NCBI GenBank assembly: GCA_001687465.1
Contig: LVLI01000206.1
Location: 1 to 64,000, forward strand
Length of the DNA stretch: 64,000 nucleotides
Origin: Halocafeteria seosinensis
Taxonomy: Eukaryota
Direction: 5' to 3'
Shown: positions 45,583 through 57,192 of the stretch, piece by piece
Layout: every line of letters begins with the position of its first letter
How positions within the stretch are numbered: position 1 is the first letter of the stretch
Made by a program: the position numbers and the translations under genes
Notes under the pieces: model-generated
Told to the model about the DNA's origin: nothing
The model's database searches: none
What the model saw: the letters and a program-made list of their open reading frames with translations, nothing else

Positions 45583-48264
45583 TTACATGATCGTGCATTT
45601 ACCATTCGGGCCACAACCAATTCCCCTCTGTTCTGGGGAATTCTCTAATTCCTGAGGCTCTCTTTTGCCTTTAGTTCCGTCATTTTGTTGATCCGATGAA
45701 GCATTATTAGTGGGAGAAGACGCTTGACCTGCTGCAAAAGAGCGTGACGAACTATACGCGGTCAAAACGCGCCGCCTGCTTCCTGGCCTACCACGAGGCT
45801 CCAACTTACCACCTGCTCCTCCATCCCCCTTATGTTCATGTGCAGCATTTCGATCTATCTTGGATTGTAGTCGCTCCTGTTCCCTCCTACGCTCAGCTTT
45901 TTCCCTGCTCAAACTCTCTTCCAACTGATCAATTTGTTCACGAAGCTCATTCGCTTCCTTCTGGAGCTGCTGAACACGCTTCTCCTTGGCTTCCAGTTTG
46001 GATGCGGCTTCAGACTGAGAATGTTTCATTTGGTTAGCTCTCCGGTTTGCATCGTCCAGGTTATCCTGCAATGTCTCCTTGTCCGCTACTTCGGAAGCCA
46101 GTTTATTTCTGATTTCAGAGAGTTCCTTTTCCAGAGCCTCCTGCCGGACCTGGAATCGGACTTCTCGGTCCCTTTGCAATACGGGGATGGCATTCCGAAG
46201 AGTTGTCGAAAGTTCCTTCCACAGCATTGATTCGTACAAATTCAAGATACCCTCTTTTTGATCCAAGTACTGCGTGACTAGCGAGGCAAGGTCGTCCTCG
46301 AACTCTCTTGCATCAAGATACACGGTATCATCACCATTTTCCATAGCTTGAGTGGCTGCCATTTCAGATGTTAATCCTTTCTCGAGTTTCGGCTCGATAA
46401 TGTTGCGGTACAGTCTCTCGTAGTTCTTCTCTGCAATGGATTTCGTGGAGGATACACACTTCCGCAGAGATTCTGCAAACGTTTCACTCGAAGATCGCAG
46501 TATACCGTCGATTTGTTGGTAATAAATTCCCGAAACGCCAGACTCGGGAAGTTGATCTCGCTGATTCAGTCTATCGCTTGCACCTTGCTCTGCGCACGAG
46601 AGGCAAGCAGCATCGAAAGCGGAGTATTTGTGTAACAGGTCCACTACAACATGGGAGTCTTGTTGCCTGGAGGCCGTCATAGCTTTCCTTTGGTAGAGTT
46701 TTAGTGCAGTTTGTCTAGCCGCGAAATGGGACGAAGCTGCATACTCTACATCGCAAGGAATCTTTGAGCTGAGCGTTTCTTCAATCAGTTCATTGTACTT
46801 TTCAAGCGCACGCTTATACGCAGCATCGCATTCGTGCTTAGTGACGGATTGCCAGGCATCCTCCATATTGGGAACTCCATTGTTGTTAATTGCTGACACG
46901 TAAGCTTCTGCTAGCACAGCTAGCATCTCTCCACTGACTATTTTGCCGTTCATTTGCTTCGGTGAAATACCCTGTAAGCGTTGGAAATCGTTGAGTGACG
47001 TGTATGCACATATCTAAGTAACTCACTTACACGGAATATCTTTTCTTTTAGTTCCTGTAACTGCTCCTGGAATTCTTCTCTCAGATCCTCATTATTTAGT
47101 TCATCCATAGACTGCGAACACAGACATCGACAGGAGTGTGGTAAATGGGAAAAGGAAGTAGAAAACGTAAACTCATACCTGAAGCTGAGTCTCATCATCC
47201 AAAGGCCTAACAAGTGTAACGCAGTTTCGATTCCTAAAAAATGAGGTCAAATTCTGCCTGATTTTGTTCCTCTGTTGGATTTCTCTACTAAAGCCTTCTT
47301 GCGTTTCCAAGCTTTGTTCCAGGTATTCTTGGGGAGTGAGTGTGTTGCCATCCTGTCAGTGGAAGTAAATAGATAAGTCGTATTCTTTGACCAGTGCAGT
47401 CACACAAAAATTGTGTAATGGGGCATACCTCATCTTCCAAGTCAAGAGTGAAATCTCTCAGAACCCATAGAAACTCCGGGAAAGACGTAGAACTATCACT
47501 GATGGCGTCAGAGCTGTTTTCACTTCCCTTGGTCTGCTACAACAAAACGACCAAATGATGTACTCCGGCAGCTGAATAACATGATACGCATTCCATTACC
47601 TGTATGTGCCGAGACAGATTGGCGATAAAGCTCAGGTTCCCGAGTGCATCTTCGTCAATGGCGCCCACGCTGTTACACAAATCTCAAGTGACTGCAAGTA
47701 CGGTATATCTCTCACCATTGTCCGTTCACAAACCTATTGTAAATGAGATGCGAACATAGAAGTGTCGCTAACGCGAATACACGCGCGTCATGCTCCTGGG
47801 AAGTATCCATGGATCCTAGTCCTTCCGTATCCATGAAGATCACTTTCTTTTGGGTGCCTTCGTCCGTCGTAATTGTCTGTGGTTCACCTGCAATATCCAT
47901 CCTTCTTAGCACATCTAGGTAGTAATAGGACGCAGGATGTTTATCTGCACGACGTACCCCAGATCCAGATGCCCTTGGTGCATGCTTCTATCGTGGAGCC
48001 TACCTGGAAGGTTCCAGCGTCCATGGTTTGCTGCAGCAGTCTGTTTAAAAGGAAAGACTTCCCCGTACGATATTTTCCTGTCACTGCCACGACCGCCACA
48101 GGGTCTTCAATACTCCGGAGAAGATCCATGGCGGCCGAGTGGAGCTGCCATGTGGTCTGATTCTTGCCTTTATCATCTTCCCTCTCCTCCTCTTGGTTGT
48201 CATTTTCACGCAGTGGAGTGAGGAAAGGTAGCGGCTTTTTCTGATACAAGGAAGAAGATGACAT
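45583..48264 (-). CDS. Guanylate-binding protein (GBP family large GTPase) with coiled-coil tail and CaaX box, multi-exon
   Basis: GKYRTGKSFLLN, CTKGIWIW, DTEGLGS, FLWVLRDF, YVSAINNNGVP; ends in CTIM*. Confidence 0.9.
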
Positions 48265-48556
48265 CCTCCCTAGCTAGGTGTATACAGGCAATGAAGAAAG
48301 TATACAATTAACCACCGACAGTAACAACACATTCGACAGCATCGTATCTAGTGCTACAATTGTACATTGTACTGGTATCCCTACTACAGAGTACTATAGT
48401 CTACAGATGTCTGCTTATTAAAATCGAAGACCACATGTATCGTCAACTATGAGATACCTCGCAGACGAATTTGGGAGCTGTATATATGTCCACTTTGAGT
48501 TTCGGAGTCATCGATTCATCATAGTACCTAGCGTCGTAGATGTAATCTGCTTCAGC

Positions 48557-49347
48557 TTAAGCCCGGATTTGGCCCAGATGATTGTCGGCTATCGTGCCTA
48601 CCGCAAACTGCAGCACCCACACCATAGACGTATAGATAAGGCAGGCCATAGTTGTTTTTCTATTAGCACCTTACATTTCTTCCGGAAGAGAGGGTTGAGG
48701 AAACTACCCTAACTCTCACAGCGCTGTTGGCTCGGATTTCTTCGTTCGATATAGTAGATTTCCAAGAATTGCTATTTGAATCATACTCCATATCGTTCGG
48801 CAAGTTCTGCAAAGAAAACCAACACAAGACATTATTCCATACATCCGGTGTCTGGACAAGTGTATTGCTTCACATACCCCCTCGTCAACAAACACGGTTA
48901 ATGGCCCAGCTTGCGCAAAAAACCCGAACTGCATCAGAATCGACGATTAATATCAACAATTTGCATTACGAAGCGGCGACTAGTCCATACCTGCATCACT
49001 GTATTCACGGAGAAGTCTAATACTTCATTCTTGAATGCCTTTAGCATGATGGCATCATAGGGGATATCAAATCGCGTATAGCCTGTCATCGGGTCGATCA
49101 CTCCTCTGCTGATTCCATCGTCATGGACTCGTAACACAAACACGACACGTCCTTCAGAGGATGATGTTCCTTCCACCGATTGTACGAGCTGGTCATTGAG
49201 TGTCTTCTTAAGATTCTTACCCAAATATTGCGGGTGTAACATCAAGGTCTTCCACATACGCTTCTGCAGGTAAAAAAAAAATGCAATCCTGGAAGATCGA
49301 CCATCATAATATAAAACATAGGTTATTCATACCTGAAAGAACACCAT
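48557..49347 (-). CDS. RPB7: RNA polymerase II subunit RPB7, multi-exon
   Basis: MVFF|..LHPQYLG.NLK..L...VEG, AFKNEVLD, GFFAQAGPLTVFV, VRVRVV, FAVGTIADNHLG. Confidence 0.9.
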
Positions 49348-49586
49348 CTTTCCTGAAGTCTTAGTATCACCCCTCTCCTGTCTAGATACACAATCGATCC
49401 TCCTGCAATAGCCTCCTCTACCTCCTGAGCTACAAGTAACAGCGGTGTGAAGGGACTGGATTGTTGCCAATCTGTTGGGAGTGGAATCACACCACAGTAT
49501 GGATGGCACGATGGACGAGTTTAAGCTAGTACGTGGTCCCTTGGAGTAATTAGTTCGTTTCGGTTAAGGTATGTGTCACTTGTGGG

Positions 49587-50320
49587 ATGCAGACGCTGTT
49601 CACGTATCCGGGAGACTTTCGAGCCCTCAAGGCTCTCATAGCTGCTGCTGTGAACGGCATTCACATACAAAGAGTCGACCTGGAGATGGGCACGGATAAT
49701 AAGACTGGAAATTTCCTACAAAAAAATCCTCTCGGAAAAGTGCCAGTATTACAGACTCGACATGGTAAGGCAATGCTTCCTTCGAGCTCAAAAATGACAA
49801 GTTGTAGAGTGGGGTTGCAGGGACGCTGACCGAAAGCAATAGTATCGCGCGCTATGTGACTAAGTTGCATGGAGATAATGAGCTCATGGGACACTCTTTG
49901 TTTGAAGAGTGTAAAGTGGATTCGTGGATGGATTTTGTTTCGCAGCATCTGGAGTTGCCAGTGACACTGTGGGTCCACCCGGTTCTTGGCTACTCAGAAT
50001 TCAATTCTTCAGTATATACCAAGGCCGTTCAAGAAACACACAAGTGTCTGAACATAATGGATAAATACTTGGGATCGCACACCTATCTGGTAGGAGATGA
50101 ACTTACTCTGGCTGACATCGTGGCTTTCGCTGCTTTGATGTATCCTATGCGATTGGTGATCGGGCCGGAGTATAGACAGATGTACAACTTCTTAGAAAAT
50201 TGGTTTCGCACTGTGGCCGATCATCCTTCAGTCAAAAGTGTAGTGGGAGACACCGTACTTTGCGATGAAGAGGTTTTAGCGCCTGGAAATGATTCTATAG
50301 AGGTACCGTTAATCCCATGA
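49587..50320 (+). CDS. Stand-alone EF1B-gamma-like glutathione S-transferase domain protein (intron 49765-49820)
   Basis: FRALKALIAA, FLQKNPLGKVPVL, LTESNSIARYV, VDSWMDF, HTYLVGDELTLADI, WFRTV. Stops at about 225 aa. Confidence 0.85.
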
Positions 50321-51379
50321 ACCGGCACTGTATAGGTTACGAAGAAGTCCCAAACTCGGCTTTGCAGTAAGGCGTCATCTTGAAGGCTTGCGTTTCTGCT
50401 ACTAAAAGAAGGAGCGTTATCGTGAGGTTGTGCTTAGCATTGTGCCTTTGATTGTTGCTTTTGAGGCTGTTTCCGTCAACCAAGTAAACCACGGAAAGCG
50501 CTCGGAGTGCTCCTCGGTTAATGAAATTGCTGCGCCGTAATTCCCCGAACAGCCCTTTGAATCATAGGTATCAACCTGCCAAGTACAAGTTGGTGTCCTT
50601 AGAACGAAGAGAAAGTTAGGAATCGGTTCTAAATCAGTGAATGGCTTCTATCCCCGTCTTCCTGCTCTGCCTCATTGATGCTGAAGGACGTTGAGGACCA
50701 ACGCCGACAACCGGTATAGTTCCTTCCTTGGGCTCATCCGTGGTGATGAGAGTACGATACTACCCTACTATTGAAGTGATTATTCCACATGGTTGGATTA
50801 TGAAATGAAAGCAGCATTGCGGCAAACTGCTTGCCGCAAGCAGCAATAAATTGCCAATAATTCCCGGCAACCGTAAACATTTGATTGTTTGGTTCAACTC
50901 AACGTGGCACAACTTAAAGTTTTCAACTTTCATCCAAACTTCTATAATAAGTAACTCTTTTATGCATTCTGCGTAAGATTCGTAGGAGTTCTACACCAAA
51001 GCAAAACTTATCAAAATTTTAAGAATATGTACAACAGTGTATCCACACTGGTCAATCTGATTTTTGTTCTGTTGTGTTAACATTGACTTTGAGAAGTTGT
51101 ATCCAGTTGTCCAATAATGCCTCCAAAGAGCCAAAGTAAGCATCGTGTTCATTCATTTACGAAAGGACCAAAATATTGCCAAGGCCATATGTGTAATGCC
51201 CGCATGCAACACTTACACAGAATCATCTAGTGGAAATAAGCATCCTCTAGAAACCCCTCAAACGGAGTCTTCACGTATGTGACCGCCATTGTTTCCTTTG
51301 ATTACTACTATATATATATTCACTACTGGTTCAGCGTCAGACCCGAAAATTCAGAAGCTAGAACACATCATGGAGCGTC

Positions 51380-51547
51380 TGCTGGTAAGTTGGGAGTACT
51401 CAGCAGTGCCACCTCTAATTGCTTCCATTTCGTTTAAGCCTGTTTGCAGGAAAGCCAGGAGAAACAAAATAAACTTATGCTGGTAAGTTGGGAGTACTCA
51501 GCAGTGCCACTTCTAGTTGCTTCCATTTCGTTGGGTCCTCTTAGCAG
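51380..51547 (+). repeat. 98-bp-period duplication consisting of two near-identical 65-nt predicted introns
   Basis: TGCTGGTAAGTTGGGAGTACTCAGCAGTGCCAC..GCTTCCATTTCGTT at 51380 and 51478; both end in GCAG. Confidence 0.9.
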
Positions 51548-51563
51548 GAAGGACAAGATCAAC

Positions 51564-51668
51564 TCCAGGAGCAACAAAATCAAATCCAGGAGAAACAAAA
51601 TCAAATCCAGGAGAAACAAAATCAAATCCAGGAGAAACAAAATCAAATCCAGGAGAAACAAAATCAAC
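51564..51668 (+). repeat. 21-bp minisatellite, 5 units (TCCAGGAGAAACAAAATCAAA)
   Basis: Units start at 51564, 51585, 51606, 51627 and 51648. Confidence 0.95.
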
Positions 51669-53101
51669 TCCTCGAAAAGTTGTTGGAAAAGAGGAGAAAG
51701 TGGTTTCATTATCCGAACTCTCCAATAACGCAATACAGGAAATGCTTCGCACCCTGAAGCTGCAGTGCGTGGAGAAAGAGGTAGATATTGCAGCATCTGT
51801 CGCCGAAGAAACGCCATTTTCATGGGAGATAGCTGAAGGAATCAACAGCGAAGTCAATCGGACAAAGGGTGCCCTCGACAAACTACAGAAAAGTCTTGAA
51901 AAAGCGGGCGTCCACTTTGGGGAACATGGCTACCGACTAATCGACTCCCATACGGAACCCAAATGGACAGCCACAATCGGTAAATATACGGTCAAGGGCG
52001 TACCGGATGGCATCATCTGCCCCTGGCCAAAGCTGTTCTTCAACCAAACCTCGCAAATCCGAGTCGCCATTAATTTTAAGGTCGATTTCGGTAACAACTC
52101 CAGGACTCAACGGATCAACCAAGCACTTGGGACCTTTGTGGCTGCTAATCACCTCTCCTACCACGAAGTGATCGTGGTATTCACCGACATGAACCACGGA
52201 AACGAGATTTATAAGGGAATGGGCACTCAATCGAGCATTGTCGGGGCCTAACGTACGCCCAAATGGTGACGATGGTGAGCCAGTATCTACAGAGTGAGTC
52301 AAACCCGGAGCTAATCACTAAGTGGACTGAAGAAACCATACCGGGCCCTGCTGCGGAGAAAGAAAAGCGTATCCAGTTCAAACGGGCTTTTCAAGCTTCA
52401 ATATCGACAAAGAGGAGATAGGAACCTCGCAAGAAATATCGCTCTGTGCTGGAGATGATTTCCCGCAAAGCATGTACTCTTAAAACGACGTGAGCCTGTA
52501 CAATTGTGCTTCTACGATTTTACTTCCGACAGCTCCGTCCACGACTGCGACGTGACAGAGTTGGTCCCTTCCGATCGTCGTCTATGGTGTCTTAGTACCT
52601 ATTTGAATGACCTATTATTCGCTCCATCCATTCACTCTGCGCACATCAATATATGGTAGATAATAGAATAATTGAATAACATCGAAACAATATCGAGTAA
52701 CACAAACTTTAGTCTTACAAGACTCCTGCTCCTAGAAGATGATCGTAAGGGATTCTTTGGCACGATCATTTTTGACGATGTCAGTCGCCCGACCCGCCTC
52801 GTTCCTCTTGAGGTTGATCATGACGCCTTGGCGTGCGTGGAGGTGGCAATTTAGAAGTTCCTTTCCCCATAGCTTGATGAATACAAAATCTCTGTGGGAA
52901 AGCAATACCATAGAATGTCGAACCATTGGAATGTAATGTGTATGGCAGCTTCACACCCGTCCAGTCACAGTGGCAGCTCCTGAAGCTCAAGCAAGATTGG
53001 ATCGTAGCCAGTGTCTGCTATCCTAGACTCTTTCAGTTGTGTGCTTTACAAGGAAGAAACAGCAGTGCATAGACGTGACGCATCTGGGCGTTTATTCACG
53101 A

Positions 53102-54598
53102 ATGAAATCCCTGTCTCCTCGACGCGGCGGCACTTGTCGTCTTCGGAGCGCATTGTGTAGGACGCCCACGATACGACTGTCGTCCGTCAAATGGAGGCTG
53201 TATTCTACGTCCAAGTCAGTAGGCGAAACTTCGCCTCGACCTAATTTGTTACGCAGGAACCAGACGCGTGAGCAGCAGCAGGAGGAGCAAGGAAGCCATG
53301 CAGACCCTGTGGAGCTTCCAAAGTGGCAGCAAGACCCGCTCAAAGAAAAACATCTACAGGAACAGAGAAGAAATGAACGCGAGAGCGGATACAGGACAAA
53401 TATCTTTGGACAGCCCTTGCCCGGTGCGCTCGGAATGGATGCTGATGGCCGCATCATCGATGCTGGTAACCCTTCCGGTGGTAAGAGATGGGCTACAGGC
53501 GCAAGCACCCATCTTAGCCTACTGTACACAACTGGTAGTGTTTTGAAAACAGATTGGGATCGAACTTGGCGCGAAGGGATAACACCTTGGGAAACCAGTG
53601 GAAGCTCCCCGCTGCTCCATTACGTAAGCAGTGTTCGAAACTACGCTTAACAAGGTAACCATTTTCTGTGTTGTTTTCCATAGAGCAGATGGTAGCGAAT
53701 GATTTGCTACCCAAGTCAGAAGCGGCTAAACAAAAGCCCTATGTTCTGGGTAATGCGGTTAATCAAGGAAGAGCGTTCGTTCCTGGCTTCGGTTCTGGAG
53801 CCGACGCGTTTACTTTGGCAAACGCGGGATATGAAGTACGCTTCGTTCCAGATCTCACTGTTGCTTGTACTTCCACGTTCTCTTATTCTCACGTCAATAA
53901 TCGATCAGGTTACTGGGATTGAGCTTTCCAAGACTGCTCTGACAAAGGCCAGAAGACGTGTGCAAAGTAGCTCATTTCTAAGACCGCTCGAGGCGAAAGG
54001 GAAGCTGAATCTGCTATTGGGTGACTTCTTCGAGTTCCACCCGAATGACTCCTTCCATCTAGTATACGATTACCTGTAAGTTTGCCGTCAGTATTATCTT
54101 TTCGCTTTCCAGAGCTCTCCACTTGAATCTCGTTTTATCTTCTCCGTCGTGTTGTTCAGGTTTATATGCTCTCTGCCTCCGGCTTTGAGGGAAGACTGGG
54201 CAAGGAAGACTAAGAAATTAGTGAAGCCAGAAGGACGATTGGTCATACATCTCTTTCCATGTGAAAATTTTAAAGGAGGACCGCCATTTGCAATGTCAGA
54301 AAAACTGTATGTCTGCGAATGTAAAGCGTTTTGGGATATACTCGTCGTTTATAAATGTTCTCAACGGGGCAGCATCCGGAGTTTGCTCGAACCAGAAGAC
54401 ATGGAGTGCGAGCTGTTTCAAGAGGTACCACAGCATTTGAGCCATCGAGCTCGACGGGTAAGTGATAAAGGAAGCTAGTACCCGATGTAAGCTCTATGAC
54501 TCCAATGGAACTGGGTTGATCAGGGCCGTGAGATGCTTTCGGTGTGGAAGCACAATATGGGAAGGTTCCCAATGATACGCAGTCGCTCAGAAAAGTAG
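53102..54598 (+). CDS. Thiol/halide methyltransferase (TPMT / HOL-like) with an N-terminal extension, multi-exon
   Basis: WDRTWREGITPWE, RAFVPGFGSGAD, VTGIELSKTA, GDFF, FHLVYDYL|FICSLPP..R..WA, GGPPF, R|GRE. Confidence 0.87.
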
Positions 54599-54965
54599 AT
54601 GAGCCTCCGTTTACACTGGTTTAGAGTACAAAAATTGTTAGACGCGAAATTAAACTGTCTCAATACCCTGTCGGAAGAAGATGTTACTCTGGTGTGGGGT
54701 GAATTCTACCCGGAACCTACGGTTCACATACGGATGCACTAGCAGTGCAGTAGTCTAGCACGCCAAAAGCGTCGAATTCGTTTTGTTTCTTCGACGGAAC
54801 AAGCACAAGACCCCCAAGGAGGTAGCTGACCATTCTTTCTATCCGGATACCAAGTTGTATTACGTTGTCCTGTACGGCACCAACTGCACTACAAGTTACC
54901 TAGAAGAGGTACCAAATCCAACTGTGTATTACCGAACTATGCAGCGCATCTTAAAGTTAAGGCTT

Positions 54966-56807
54966 TCACTTCTTTCTGCTACTCTTTCCTGAAACAGGGA
55001 GCGTTATCGTGGGATTTTGCTCAGCATACCTTCTTTGTTGTGCATCATCTAATTGTTGCTTTTGACGCCTGTAAGCCTCGTCAGCAGCCTGCTTCCTTTC
55101 TTCTTGCTTCTGTTGCGCGTACTGTTTGTAATTGGCTCTATGGCTCTGAGAGCCCGACATCGCCGAATGGCTTGATAGCATGGGATACGTTGCTAATGTT
55201 TGCAACTGCGCTTGAAGGGTAGCAACCCGCTTTTCGGATGTTGCCACGGCCTTCTGTAGTTGGAACATCCGTAAAATATCGTCTCGGAGCTTGTTATAAG
55301 CCGCAAGATTTGCTGCGCAAGGTAGCATTCTGGTTGGTGATGGAACATCTAGCTCATTAAGCAGTGCTGTCATCTTCTTTATCGTTTTACTCTCCCGGCT
55401 GAAGCCATCCGGAGGACTGTTCAGTTGATCGCTTCGAAGAGCTATTCCTTGGTACGGATCTCTAATTGTTTGTTGTTTCTTTTGAGCTGAAGAAGCGTTC
55501 TTCAGGTTGATATCGGCGGAAGCCTTTCGAAGTGCCATAGCTGACGCTGAGGCATAGCTAATGTCGGACTGGTCCTCAGCAGATCTTGATGTGGGAACAC
55601 CCTCAATGATATGCCCTGGTGTTTCCTCGCTATGTCCTTGTTGCTGGGCTGCTCGCTGGTTGTCCTCGCTCACATCTTCCAATGTTGCTTCGGCACTGTA
55701 CGGCCTCGCTCCACCCATTTTGCGGCGTGCTCTCCTGAGGGCATTATCAATAGATTTGAGTTCCAATCGCAACTGAGATTCTTCATGCACCTCTTTGCCG
55801 TGTCGCCGAAACTGTTTTTCCACATGTTTTCGTCTGAGTTCTTCGGCCTGCTCGTCGAACGCTACGTTCGCAAAATTTTGAGCCCCTGAAGGTATACCAA
55901 TTTTTGAGCGACCTCTCTTTCTAGCCTCCACAATTTGGGATGTTACAGAATAAAATCTTCTCTTCATATCTACTAAGGGCCTGCGCGGATACAGTCTCCA
56001 TCGATCAAGCATGACCGGCCAGCGCAGCTCGTATCGCTTGGCTAGTTCGAACAGGTGATCTGTTTGCTCTCTTGTCCACGACCCATCTAGATGCGAGGAC
56101 CTTGACTGATGATCAGACGACATACGACTTGGCGCAATGAACTCATTGTATTCCTCATCCGTGTACGAGATAATCTCTAATTTCCTATTAAACCTTACGA
56201 ACGGGTAATCGGGGTACTCAGCATACTTCCTCACCCAGTGATAAAGTTCTAAGTTATCCTTTCGGGTGCTGCTTAGGATAGGCTTCCATGCCCTGCGAGT
56301 AATCATCCAGGAGCCATTTTTAAGAGATGTCAAAGAGCGAATGCCCCATATCTTATCAGAAAAGCATCATACCATGCCGTTGGCTTTTCCTTGGCCAGTC
56401 GTCGTGAACTCGATCCAAACTGTGCCGGTCGATTGGGTTCCTGCAACATCGAGTAGGGCATTCTAAGGTTGTCAAATAAGCGAAAGACACTGAATAAAGC
56501 CTTCAGGCAATGGCAAACGAGCCATTTGAAAGGCAAACGAGGAAGCTTTGGAGGCTGTATGTATTCTATACACCACACATACCATGGGTGGCATCGAATG
56601 ATCATCTCCTAGTAGGTTTGCCAGTTCGCGAGGGAGCTTTTTCTGCTTCTTTTTCTTGCCTGTATTCGCGTGGGAAGAGTTTTTCTTGCCATAATGGCTC
56701 CCATTTTTGCCACCCCCTGCATGCTCATGGTGTTTTCTAGACTTTTTACCCCCTGCCGCAGCACCGGCAGCCGACGCGCTGCTTGCTTCAGCCGCTGAAG
56801 AATCCAT
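54966..56807 (-). CDS. DMAP1: DMAP1/Swc4 (NuA4/SWR1 subunit, SANT domain), multi-exon; start uncertain
   Basis: RELANLLG, RKDNLELYHWV, YPFVRFN, YTDEEY, WTREQTDHLFELAKRYELRWPVMLDRW, DMKRRFY, LRS. Confidence 0.9.
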
Positions 56808-57192
56808 ATTGGCAGGTGGCGCGGGAGTGTACGCATACAAGGGAGTGCATAAGACAATGCCGTCGGCCCGTCGCTGAAAATCGTCTGGGACAGACCGGGA
56901 CCAGTTCCGGGCCTTCAGCCCGGAAGTTCCGAAGAAGTCTTCACCACAAAACTGGCTGCAATCGTAAAAGTTCTAAACATTGACTGCGAGATCGGTTTCC
57001 ACCAAGACGGTATTGATAATCTCTAATTGGATTTGCAGGTGAATAACTTGTATACCATCCCTTACGTACTACAGAATTTAGTACTGCTGATGTGAGAATG
57101 AAAGAAATAACACTTGTATTATTTACTAACTAATTCACTCATGTTTTACGGAAGATAATAATCAGCAGCAATGGATCCATTCATAAACTCCT

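Larger units (their letters stand above)
51117..52421 (+). pseudogene. Crinkler-like restriction-endonuclease-fold (PD-(D/E)xK) gene with a coiled-coil N-terminus; two apparent 1-nt frameshifts
   Basis: Four GT-AG introns splice to MPPKSQK..EHIMERLL|ESQEKQNKLML|EGQDQL(QEKQNQI)n. The C-terminal domain reads FSW..E, KGVPDGII, RVAINFK, QALGTFVAAN, VIVVFTDMN. Frames reconnect only by adding one base at about 51690 and about 52217. Confidence 0.6.

Noticed and set aside
50817..50839. 9-bp-stem hairpin TTGCGGCAA-ACTGC-TTGCCGCAA as a terminator or Helitron end
   Set aside because: No U-tract or nearby CTRR, a single occurrence, and it could be chance.
51564..51668. 21-bp repeats as a CRISPR array
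   Set aside because: The units are head-to-tail with no spacers, there are no cas genes, and the context is eukaryotic coding sequence.
52600..53000. Short ORFs after the nuclease-like gene as a partner or immunity gene
   Set aside because: Under 70 aa, stop-interrupted, and no recognisable features.
56907..56927. Inverted repeat TTCCGGGC-CTTCA-GCCCGGAA upstream of DMAP1
   Set aside because: A short GC-rich stem with no independent evidence of function.
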